Shown here: positions 23,201 through 35,200 of the stretch, piece by piece
Numbering within the stretch: the first letter of the stretch is position 1
How the letters are laid out: each line of letters begins with the position of its first letter
Assembly (NCBI GenBank): GCA_964016885.1
Contig: OZ024741.1
Coordinates: forward strand, 72,044,001-72,108,000
Length of the DNA stretch: 64,000 nucleotides
Direction: 5' to 3'
Origin: Eledone cirrhosa
Lineage: Eukaryota
Made by a program: the position numbers and the translations under genes
Notes under the pieces: model-generated
Told to the model about the DNA's origin: nothing
Databases searched by the model: none
What the model saw: the letters and a program-made list of their open reading frames with translations, nothing else

Positions 23201-26200
23201 TTGTAGTGTCTTGATTGACTGGAAGAGACAGTGTTTTTATGGTGGTGTTCTAGTGTCTTGATTGACTGGGAGAGGCAGTGTTTTTATGGTGGTGTTGTAG
23301 TGTCTTGATTGACTGGGAGAGACAGTGTTTTTATGGTGGTGTTGTAGTGTCTTGATTGACTGGGAGAGACTGTTTTTATGGTGGTGTTGTAGTGTCTTGA
23401 TTGACTGGGAGAGGCAGTGTTTTTATGGTGGTGTTGTAGTGTCTTGATTGACTGGGAGAGAGTGTTTTTATGGTGGTTTTGTAGTGTCTTGATTGACTGG
23501 GAGAGAGAGTTTTTCATGGTGGTGTTGTAGTGTCTTGAGTGACTGGGAGAGAGTTTTTTTATGGTGGTGTTGTAGTGTCTTGATTGAATGGGAGAGACAG
23601 TGTTTATATGGTGGTGTTGTAGTGTCTTGATTGACTGGGAGAGACAGTGTTTTTATGGTGGTGTTGTAGTGTCTTGATTGACAGGGAGTGACAGTGTTTT
23701 TATGGTGGTGTTGTAGAGTCTTGATTGACTGGGAGAGACAGTGTTTTTATGGTGGTGTTGTAGTGTCTTGATTGACCGGGATTGACAGTGTTTTTATGGT
23801 GGTGTTGTTGTGTCTTGATTGACTGGGAGAGACAGTGTTTTTATGGTGGTGTTGTAGTGTCTTGATTGACCGGGAGTGACAGTGTATTTATGGTGGTGTT
23901 GTAGAGTCTTGATTGACTGGGAGAGAGTGTTTTTATGGTGGTGTTGTAGTGTCTTGATTGACTGGGAGATGCAGTGTTTTTATGGTGGTGTTGTAGTGTC
24001 TTGATTGACTGGGAGAGAGTATTTTTATGGTGGTGTTGTAGAGTCTTGATTGACTGGGAGAGAGTTTTTTATGGTGGTGTTGTAGTGTCTTGATTGATTG
24101 GAAGAGACAGTGTTTTTATGGTGGTGTTGTAGTGTCTTGATTGACTGGGAGAGACTTTTTTATGGTGGTGCGGTAGTGTCTTGAGTGACTGGGAGAGAGT
24201 TTTTTATGGTGGTGTTGTAGTGTCTTGATTCACTGGAAGAGACAGTGTTTTTATGGTGGTGTTGTAGTGTCTTGATTGACTGGGAGAGGCAGTGCTTTTA
24301 TGGTGGTGGTGTTTTGTCTTGATTGACTGGTAGAGACAGTGTTTATATTGTGGTGTTGTAGTGTCTTGATTGACTCGGAGAGACAGTGTTTTTATGGTGG
24401 TGTTGTAGTGTTTGGATTGACTGGGAGAGAAAGTGTTTTTATGGTGGTGTTGTAGTGTTTGGATTGACTGGGAGAGACAGTGTTTTTATGATGGTGTTGT
24501 AGTTTCTTGATTGACTGGGAGAGACAGTGTTTTTATGGTGGTGTTGTAGTGTCTTGATAGACTGGGAGAGAGAGCGTTTTTATGGTGGTGTTGTTGTGTC
24601 TTGATTGACTGGTAGAGACAGTGTTTTTATGGTGCTGTTGTACTGTCTTGATTGACTGGGAGAGACAGTGTTTTTATGGTGGTGTTGTAGTGTCTTGATT
24701 TACTGGGAGAGGCAGTGTTTTTATGGTGGTGTTGTAGTGCCTTGATTGACTGGGAGAGACAGTGTTTTTATGGTGGTGTTGTAGTGTCTTGATTGACTGG
24801 GAGAGACAGTGTTTTTATGGTGGTGTTGTAGTGTCTTGATTGACTGAGAGAGGCAGTGTTTTTATGGTGGTGTTGTAGTGCCTTGATTGACTGGGAGAGA
24901 GTGTTTTTATGGTGGTGTTGTAGTGTCTTGATTGACTGGGAGAGACCGTGTTTTTATGGTGGTGTTGTAGTTTCTTGATTGACTGGGAGAGGCAGTCTTT
25001 TTATGGTGGTGTTGTAGTGTCTTGATTGACTGGGAGAGACAGTGTTTTTATGGTGGTTTTGTAGTGTCTTGATTGACTGGGAGAGAGAGTTTTTAATGGT
25101 GGTGTTGTAGTGTCTTGAGTGACTGGGAGAGAGTTTTTTTATGGTGGTGTTGTAGTGTCTTGATTGACTGGGAGAGACAGTGTTTATATGGTGGTGTTGT
25201 AGTGTCTTGATTGACTGGGAGAGACAGTGTTTTTATGGTGGTGTTGTAGTGTCTTGATTGACAGGGAGTGACAGTGTTTTTATGGTGGTGTTGTAGAGTC
25301 TTGATTGACTGGGAGAGACAGTGTTTTAATGGTGGTGTTGTAGTGTCTTGATTGACTGGGAGAGGCAGTGCTTTTATGGTGGTGGTGTTTTGTCTTGATT
25401 GACTGGTAGAGACAGTGTTTTTATTGAGGTGTTGTAGTGTCTTGATTGACTCGGAGAGACAGTGTTTTTATGGTGGTGTTGTAGTGTTTGGATTGACTGG
25501 GAGAGACAGTGTTTTTATGGTGGTGTTGTAGTGTTCGGAATGACTGGGAGAGAGAGTGTTTGTATGGTCGTGTTGTAGTTTCTTGATTGACTGGGATAGA
25601 GTGTTTTTATGGTAGTGTTGTAGTGTCTTGATTGACTGGGAGAGGCAGTGTTTTTATGGTGGTGTTGTAGTGTCTTGATTGACTGGGAGAGACCGTGTTT
25701 TTATGGTGGTGTTGTAGTGTCTTGATTGACTTGGAGAGACCGTGTTTTTATGGTGGTGTTGTAGTTTCTTGATTGACTGGGAGAGACAGTGTTTTTATGG
25801 TGGTGTTGTAGTGTCTTGATAGACTGGGAGAGAGAGTGTTTTTATGGTGGTGTTGTTGTGTCTTGATTGACTGGGAGAGACAGTGTTTTTATGGTGGTGT
25901 TGTAGTGTCTTGATTGACTCGGAGAGACAGTGTTTTTATGGTGGTGTTGTAGTTTCTTGATTGACTGGGAGAGACCGTGTTTTTATTGTGGCGTTGTAGT
26001 GTCTTGATTGACTGGGAGAGACAGTGTTTTTATGGTGGTGTTGTAATGTTTTGATTGACTGGGAGAGACAGTGTTTTTATGGTGCTGTTGTACTGTCTTG
26101 ATTGACTGGGAGAGACAGTGTTTTTATGGTGCTGTTGTACTGTCTTGATTGACTGGGAGAGACAGTGTTTTTATGGTGGTGTTGTAGTGTCTTGATTGAC

Positions 26201-29200
26201 TGGGCGAGGCAGTGCTTTTATGGTGGTGGTGTTGTGTCTTGATTGACTGTTAGAGACAGTGTTTTTATGGTGGTGTTGTAGTGTCTTGATTGACTGGGAG
26301 AGGCAGTCCTTTTATGGTGGTGTTGTTGTGTCTTGATTGACTGTTAGAGACAGTGTTTTTATTGTGGTGTTGTAGTGTCTTGATTGACTCGGAGAGACAG
26401 TGTTTTTATGGTGGTGTTGTAGTGTTTTGATTGACTGGGAGAGAGTGTTTTTATGTTGGTTTTGTAGTGTCTTGATTGACAGGGAGAGAGTTTTTTATGG
26501 TGGTGTTGTAGTGTCTTGATTGACTGGGAGAGACAGTGTTTTTATGGTGGCTTTGTAGTGTCTTGATTGACTGGGAGAGACAGTGTTTTTATGGTGGTTT
26601 TGTAGTGTCTTGATTGACTGGGAGAGACTTTTTCTATGGTGGTGTTGTAGTGTCTTGAGTGACTGGGAGAGAGTTTTTTATGATGGTGTTGTAGTGTCTT
26701 GATTGACTGGAAGAGACAGTGTTTTTATGGTGGTGTTCTAGTGTCTTGATTGACTGGGAGAGGCAGTGTTTTTATGGTGGTGTTGTAGTGTCTTGATTGA
26801 CTGGGAGAGACAGTGTTTTTATGGTGGTGTTGTAGTGTCTTGATTGACTGGGAGAGACTGTTTTTATGGTGGTGTTGTAGTGTCTTGATTGACTGGGAGA
26901 GGCAGTGTTTTTATGGTGGTGTTGTAGTGTCTTGATTGACTGGGAGAGAGTGTTTTTATGGTGGTTTTGTAGTGTCTTGATTGACTGGGAGAGAGAGTTT
27001 TTCATGGTGGTGTTGTAGTGTCTTGAGTGACTGGGAGAGAGTTTTTTTATGGTGGTGTTGTAGTGTCTTGATTGAATGGGAGAGACAGTGTTTATATGGT
27101 GGTGTTGTAGTGTCTTGATTGACTGGGAGAGACAGTGTTTTTATGGTGGTGTTGTAGTGTCTTGATTGACAGGGAGTGACAGTGTTTTTATGGTGGTGTT
27201 GTAGAGTCTTGATTGACTGGGAGAGACAGTGTTTTTATGGTGGTGTTGTAGTGTCTTGATTGACCGGGATTGACAGTGTTTTTATGGTGGTGTTGTTGTG
27301 TCTTGATTGACTGGGAGAGACAGTGTTTTTATGGTGGTGTTGTAGTGTCTTGATTGACCGGGAGTGACAGTGTATTTATGGTGGTGTTGTAGAGTCTTGA
27401 TTGACTGGGAGCTGCAGTGTTTTTATGGTGGTGTTGTAGTGTCTTGATTGACTGGGAGAGAGTATTTTTATGGTGGTGTTGTAGAGTCTTGATTGACTGG
27501 GAGAGAGTTTTTTATGGTGGTGTTGTAGTGTCTTGATTGATTGGAAGAGACAGTGTTTTTATGGTGGTGTTGTAGTGTCTTGATTGACTGGGAGAGACTT
27601 TTTTATGGTGGTGTTGTTGTGTCTTGAGTGACTGGGAGAGAGTTTTTTATGGTGGTGTTGTAGTGTCTTGATTCACTGGAAGAGACAGTGTTTTTATGGT
27701 GGTGTTGTAGTGTCTTGATTGACTGGGAGAGGCAGTGCTTTTATGGTGGTGGTGTTTTGTCTTGATTGACTGGTAGAGACAGTGTTTATATTGTGGTGAT
27801 GTAGTGTCTTGATTGACTCGCAGAGACAGTGTTTTTATGGTGGTGTTGTAGTGTTTGGATTGACTGGGAGAGAAAGTGTTTTTATGGTGGTGTTGTAGTG
27901 TTTGGATTGACTGGGAGAGACAGTGTTTTTATGGTGGTGTTGTAGTTTCTTGATTGACTGGGAGAGACAGTGTTTTTATGGTGGTGTTGTAGTGTCTTGA
28001 TAGACTGGGAGAGAGAGCGTTTTTATGGTGGTGGTGTTGTTGTGTCTTGATTGACTGGTAGAGACAGTGTTTTTATGGTGCTGTTGTACTGTCTTGATTG
28101 ACTGGGAGAGACAGTGTTTTTATGGTGGTGTTGTAGTGTCTTGATTGACTGGGAGAGGCAGTGTTTATATGGTGGTGTTGTAATGTCTTGATTGACTGGG
28201 AGAGACAGTGTTTTTATGGTGATGTTGTAGTGTCTTGATTGACTGGGAGAGACAGTGTTTTTATTATGGTGTTGTAATGTCTTGATTGACTCGGAGAGAC
28301 AGTGTTTTTATGGTCGTGTTGTAGTGTTTGGATTGACTGGGAGAGACAGTGTTTTTATGGTGGTGTTGTAATGTTTGGATTGACTGGGAGAGACAGTGTT
28401 TTTATGGTGGTGTTGTAGTTTCTTGATTGACTGGGAGAGACAGTGTTTTTATGGTGGTGTTGTAGTGTCTTGATTGACTGGGAGAGACAGTGTTTTTATG
28501 GTGATGTTGTAGTGTCTTGATTGACTGGGAGAGGCTGTGTTTTTATGGTGGTGGTGTTTTGTCTTGATTGACTGGTAGAGACAGTGTTTTTATTATGGTG
28601 TTGTAGTGTCTTGATTGACTCGGAGAGACAGTGTTTTTATGGTGGTGTTGTAGTGTTTGGATTGACTGGGAGAGACAGTGTTTTTATAGTTTCTTGATTG
28701 ACTGGGAGAGACAGTGTTTTTATGGTGGTGTTGTAGTGTCTTGATTGACTGGGAGAGACAGTGTTTTTATGGTGATGTTGTAGTGTCTTGATTGAATGGG
28801 AGAGGCTGTGTTTTTATGGTGGTGGTGTTTTGTCTTGATTGACTGTTAGAGACAGTGTTTTTATTATGGTGTCGTAGTTTCTTGATTGACTGGGAGAGAC
28901 CGTGTTTTTATTGTGGCGTTGTAGTGTCTTGATTGACTGGGAGAGACAGTGTTTTTATGGTGGTGTTGTAATGTTTTGATTGACTGGGAGAGACAGTGTT
29001 TTTATGGTGCTGTTGTACTGTCTTGATTGACTGGGAGAGACAGTGTTTTTATGGTGCTGTTGTACTGTCTTGATTGACTGGGAGAGACAGTGTTTTTATG
29101 GTGGTGTTGTAGTGTCTTGATTGACTGGGCGAGGCAGTGCTTTTATGGTGGTGGTGTTGTGTCTTGATTGACTGTTAGAGACAGTGTTTTTATGGTGGTG

Positions 29201-32200
29201 TTGTAGTGTCTTGATTGACTGGGAGAGGCAGTCCTTTTATGGTGGTGTTGTTGTGTCTTGATTGACTGTTAGAGACAGTGTTTTTATTGTGGTGTTGTAG
29301 TGTCTTGATTGACTCGGAGAGACAGTGTTTTTATGGTGGTGTTGTAGTGTTTTGATTGACTGGGACAGAGTGTTTTTATGTTGGTTTTGTAGTGTCTTGA
29401 TTGACAGGGAGAGAGTTTTTTATGGTGGTGTTGTAGTGTCTTGATTGACTGGGAGAGACAGTGTTTTTATGGTGGCTTTGTAGTGTCTTGATTGACTGGG
29501 AGAGACAGTGTTTTTATGGTGGTTTTGTAGTGTCTTGATTGACTGGGAGAGACTTTTTCTATGGTGGTGTTGTAGTGTCTTGAGTGACTGGGAGAGAGTT
29601 TTTTATGATGGTGTTGTAGTGTCTTGATTGACTGGAAGAGACAGTGTTTTTATGGTGGTGTTCTAGTGTCTTGATTGACTGGGAGAGGCAGTGTTTTTAT
29701 GGTGGTGTTGTAGTGTCTTGATTGACTGGGAGAGACAGTGTTTTTATGGTGGTGTTGTAGTGTCTTGATTGACTGGGAGAGACTGTTTTTATGGTGGTGT
29801 TGTAGTGTCTTGATTGACTGGGAGAGGCAGTGTTTTTATGGTGGTGTTGTAGTGTCTTGATTGACTGGGAGAGAGTGTTTTTATGGTGGTTTTGTAGTGT
29901 CTTGATTGACTGGGAGAGAGAGTTTTTCATGGTGGTGTTGTAGTGTCTTGAGTGACTGGGAGAGAGTTTTTTTATGGTGGTGTTGTAGTGTCTTGATTGA
30001 ATGGGAGAGACAGTGTTTATATGGTGGTGTTGTAGTGTCTTGATTGACTGGGAGAGACAGTGTTTTTATGGTGGTGTTGTAGTGTCTTGATTGACAGGGA
30101 GTGACAGTGTTTTTATGGTGGTGTTGTAGAGTCTTGATTGACTGGGAGAGACAGTGTTTTTATGGTGGTGTTGTAGTGTCTTGATTGACCGGGATTGACA
30201 GTGTTTTTATGGTGGTGTTGTTGTGTCTTGATTGACTGGGAGAGACAGTGTTTTTATGGTGGTGTTGTAGTGTCTTGATTGACGGGGAGTGACAGTGTAT
30301 TTATGGTGGTGTTGTAGAGTCTTGATTGACTGGGAGCTGCAGTGTTTTTATGGTGGTGTTGTAGTGTCTTGATTGACTGGGAGAGAGTATTTTTATGGTG
30401 GTGTTGTAGAGTCTTGATTGACTGGGAGAGAGTTTTTTATGGTGGTGTTGTAGTGTCTTGATTGATTGGAAGAGACAGTGTTTTTATGGTGGTGTTGTAG
30501 TGTCTTGATTGACTGGGAGAGACTTTTTTATGGTGGTGTTGTAGTGTCTTGAGTGACTGGGAGAGAGTTTTTTATGGTGGTGTTGTAGTGTCTTGATTCA
30601 CTGGAAGAGACAGTGTTTTTATGGTGGTGTTGTAGTGTCTTGATTGACTGGGAGAGGCAGTGCTTTTATGGTGGTGGTGTTTTGTCTTGATTGACTGGTA
30701 GAGACAGTGTTTATATTGTGGTGATGTAGTGTCTTGATTGACTCGGAGAGACAGTGTTTTTATGGTGGTGTTGTAGTGTTTGGATTGACTGGGAGAGAAA
30801 GTGTTTTTATGGTGGTGTTGTAGTGTTTGGATTGACTGGGAGAGACAGTGTTTTTATGGTGGTGTTGTAGTTTCTTGATTGACTGGGAGAGACAGTGTTT
30901 TTATGGTGGTGTTGTAGTGTCTTGATTGACTGGGAGAGAGAGCGTTTTTATGGTGGTGGTGTTGTTGTGTCTTGATTGACTGGTAGAGACAGTGTTTTTA
31001 TGGTGCTGTTGTACTGTCTTGATTGACTGGGAGAGACAGTGTTTTTATGGTGGTGTTGTAGTGTCTTGATTGACTGGGAGAGGCAGTGTTTTTATGGTGG
31101 TGTTGTAATGTCTTGATTGACTGGGAGAGACAGTGTTTTTATGGTGATGTTGTAGTGTCTTGATTGACTGGGAGAGACAGTGTTTTTATTATGGTGTTGT
31201 AGTGTCTTGATTGACTCGGAGAGACAGTGTTTTTATGGTCGTGTTGTAGTGTTTGGATTGACTGGGAGAGACAGTGTTTTTATGGTGGTGTTGTAATGTT
31301 TGGATTGACTGGGAGAGACAGTGTTTTTATGGTGGTGTTGTAGTTTCTTGATTGACTGGGAGAGACAGTGTTTTTATGGTGGTGTTGTAGTGTCTTGATT
31401 GACTGGGAGAGACAGTGTTTTTATGGTGATGTTGTAGTGTCTTGATTGACTGGGAGAGGCTGTGTTTTTATGGTGGTGGTGTTTTGTCTTGATTGACTGG
31501 TAGAGACAGTGTTTTTATTATGGTGTTGTAGTGTCTTGATTGACTCGGAGAGACAGTGTTTTTATGGTGGTGTTGTAGTGTTTGGATTGACTGGGAGAGA
31601 CAGTGTTTTTATAGTTTCTTGATTGACTGGGAGAGACAGTGTTTTTATGGTGGTGTTGTAGTGTCTTGATTGACTGGGAGAGACAGTGTTTTTATGGTGA
31701 TGTTGTAGTGTCTTGATTGAATGGGAGAGGCTGTGTTTTTATGGTGGTGGTGTTTTGTCTTGATTGACTGTTAGAGACAGTGTTTTTATTATGGTGTCGT
31801 AGTTTCTTGATTGACTGCGAGAGACAGTGTTTTTATGGTGGTGTTGTAGTGTTTTGATTGACTGGGAGAGAGTGTTTTTATGTTGGTTTTGTAGTGTCTT
31901 GATTGACAGGGAGAGAGTTTTTTATGGTGGTGTTGTAGTGTCTTGATTGACTGGGAGAGACAGTGTTTTTATGGTGGCTTTGTAGTGTCTTGATTGACTG
32001 GGAGAGACAGTGTTTTTATGGTGGTTTTGTAGTGTCTTGATTGACTGGGAGAGACTTTTTCTATGGTGGTGTTGTAGTGTCTTGAGTGACTGGGAGAGAG
32101 TTTTTTATGATGGTGTTGTAGTGTCTTGATTGACTGGAAGAGACAGTGTTTTTATGGTGGTGTTCTAGTGTCTTGATTGACTGGGAGAGGCAGTGTTTTT

Positions 32201-35200
32201 ATGGTGGTGTTGTAGTGTCTTGATTGACTGGGAGAGACAGTGTTTTTATGGTGGTGTTGTAGTGTCTTGATTGACTGGGAGAGACTGTTTTTATGGTGGT
32301 GTTGTAGTGTCTTGATTGACTGGGAGAGGCAGTGTTTTTATGGTGGTGTTGTAGTGTCTTGATTGACTGGGAGAGAGTGTTTTTATGGTGGTTTTGTAGT
32401 GTCTTGATTGACTGGGAGAGAGAGTTTTTCATGGTGGTGTTGTAGTGTCTTGAGTGACTGGGAGAGAGTTTTTTTATGGTGGTGTTGTAGTGTCTTGATT
32501 GAATGGGAGAGACAGTGTTTATATGGTGGTGTTGTAGTGTCTTGATTGACTGGGAGAGACAGTGTTTTTATGGTGGTGTTGTAGTGTCTTGATTGACAGG
32601 GAGTGACAGTGTTTTTATGGTGGTGTTGTAGAGTCTTGATTGACTGGGAGAGACAGTGTTTTTATGGTGGTGTTGTAGTGTCTTGATTGACCGGGATTGA
32701 CAGTGTTTTTATGGTGGTGTTGTTGTGTCTTGATTGACTGGGAGAGACAGTGTTTTTATGGTGGTGTTGTAGTGTCTTGATTGACCGGGAGTGACAGTGT
32801 ATTTATGGTGGTGTTGTAGAGTCTTGATTGACTGGGAGAGAGTGTTTTTATGGTGGTGTTGTAGTGTCTTGATTGACTGGGAGATGCAGTGTTTTTATGG
32901 TGGTGTTGTAGTGTCTTGATTGACTGGGAGAGAGTATTTTTATGGTGGTGTTGTAGAGTCTTGATTGACTGGGAGAGAGTTTTTTATGGTGGTGTTGTAG
33001 TGTCTTGATTGATTGGAAGAGACAGTGTTTTTATGGTGGTGTTGTAGTGTCTTGATTGACTGGGAGAGACTTTTTTATGGTGGTGCGGTAGTGTCTTGAG
33101 TGACTGGGAGAGAGTTTTTTATGGTGGTGTTGTAGTGTCTTGATTCACTGGAAGAGACAGTGTTTTTATGGTGGTGTTGTAGTGTCTTGATTGACTGGGA
33201 GAGGCAGTGCTTTTATGGTGGTGGTGTTTTGTCTTGATTGACTGGTAGAGACAGTGTTTATATTGTGGTGTTGTAGTGTCTTGATTGACTCGGAGAGACA
33301 GTGTTTTTATGGTGGTGTTGTAGTGTTTGGATTGACTGGGAGAGAAAGTGTTTTTATGGTGGTGTTGTAGTGTTTGGATTGACTGGGAGAGACAGTGTTT
33401 TTATGATGGTGTTGTAGTTTCTTGATTGACTGGGAGAGACAGTGTTTTTATGGTGGTGTTGTAGTGTCTTGATAGACTGGGAGAGAGAGCGTTTTTATGG
33501 TGGTGTTGTTGTGTCTTGATTGACTGGTAGAGACAGTGTTTTTATGGTGCTGTTGTACTGTCTTGATTGACTGGGAGAGACAGTGTTTTTATGGTGGTGT
33601 TGTAGTGTCTTGATTGACTGGGAGAGGCAGTGTTTTTATGGTGGTGTTGTAATGTTTTGATTGACTGGGAGAGAGAGTGTTTTATGGTGGTGTTGTAGTG
33701 TCTTGATTGACTGGGAGAGACAGTGTTTTTATGGTGGTATTGTAGTGTCTTGATTGACTGGGAGAGACAGTGTTTTTATGGTGGTGTTGTACTGTCTTGA
33801 TTGACTGGGAGAGACAGTGTTTTTATGGTGATGTTGTAGTGTCTTGATTGACTGGGAGAGACAGTGTTTTCATTATGGTGTTGTAGTGTCTTGATTGACT
33901 GGGAGAGACAGTGTTTTTATGGTGGTGTTGTAGTGTTTGGATTGACTGGGAGAGACAGTGTTTTTATTATGGTGTTGTAGTGTCTTGATTGACTCGGAGA
34001 GACAGTGTTTTTATGGTGGTGTTGTAGTGTTTGGATTGACTGGGAGAGACAGTGTTTTTATGGAGGTGTTGTAGTTTCTTGATTGACTGGGAGAGACAGT
34101 GTTTTTATGGTGGTGTTGTAGTGTCTTGATAGACTGGGAGAGAGAGCGTTTTTATGGTGGTGGTGTTGTTGTGTCTTGATTGACTGGTAGAGACAGTGTT
34201 TTTATGGTGCTGTTGTACTGTCTTGATTGACTGGGAGAGACAGTGTTGTTATGGTGGTGTTGTAGTGTCTTGATTGACTGGGAGAGGCAGTGTTTTTATG
34301 GTGGTGTTGTAATGTCTTGATTGACTGGGAGAGACAGTGTTTTTATGGTGATGTTGTAGTGTCTTGATTGACTGGGAGAGACAGTGTTTTTATTATGGTG
34401 TTGTAGTGTCTTGATTGACTCGGAGAGACAGTGTTTTTATGGTCGTGTTGTAGTGTTTGGATTGACTGGGAGAGACAGTGTTTTTATGGTGGTGTTGTAA
34501 TGTTTGGATTGACTGGGAGAGACAGTGTTTTTATGGTGGTGTTGTAGTTTCTTGATTGACTGGGAGAGACAGTGTTTTTATGGTGGTGTTGTAGTGTCTT
34601 GATTGACTGGGAGAGACTGTTTTTATGGTGATGTTGTAGTGTCTTGATTGACTGGGAGAGGCTGTGTTTTTATGGTGGTGGTGTTTTGTCTTGATTGACT
34701 GGTAGAGACAGTGTTTTTATTATGGTGTTGTAGTGTCTTGATTGACTCGGAGAGACAGTGTTTTTATGGTGGTGTTGTAGTGTTTGGATTGACTGGGAGA
34801 GACAGTGTTTTTATAGTTTCTTGATTGACTGGGAGAGACAGTGTTTTTATGGTGGTGTTGTAGTGTCTTGATTGACTGGGAGAGACAGTGTTTTTATGGT
34901 GATGTTGTAGTGTCTTGATTGAATGGGAGAGGCTGTGTTTTTATGGTGGTGGTGTTTTGTCTTGATTGACTGTTAGAGACAGTGTTTTTATTATGGTGTC
35001 GTAGTTTCTTGATTGACTGCGAGAGACAGTGTTTTTATGGTGGTGTTGTAGTGTTTTGATTGACTGGGAGAGAGTGTTTTTATGTTGGTTTTGTAGTGTC
35101 TTGATTGACAGGGAGAGAGTTTTTTATGGTGGTGTTGTAGTGTCTTGATTGACTGGGAGAGACAGTGTTTTTATGGTGGCTTTGTAGTGTCTTGATTGAC

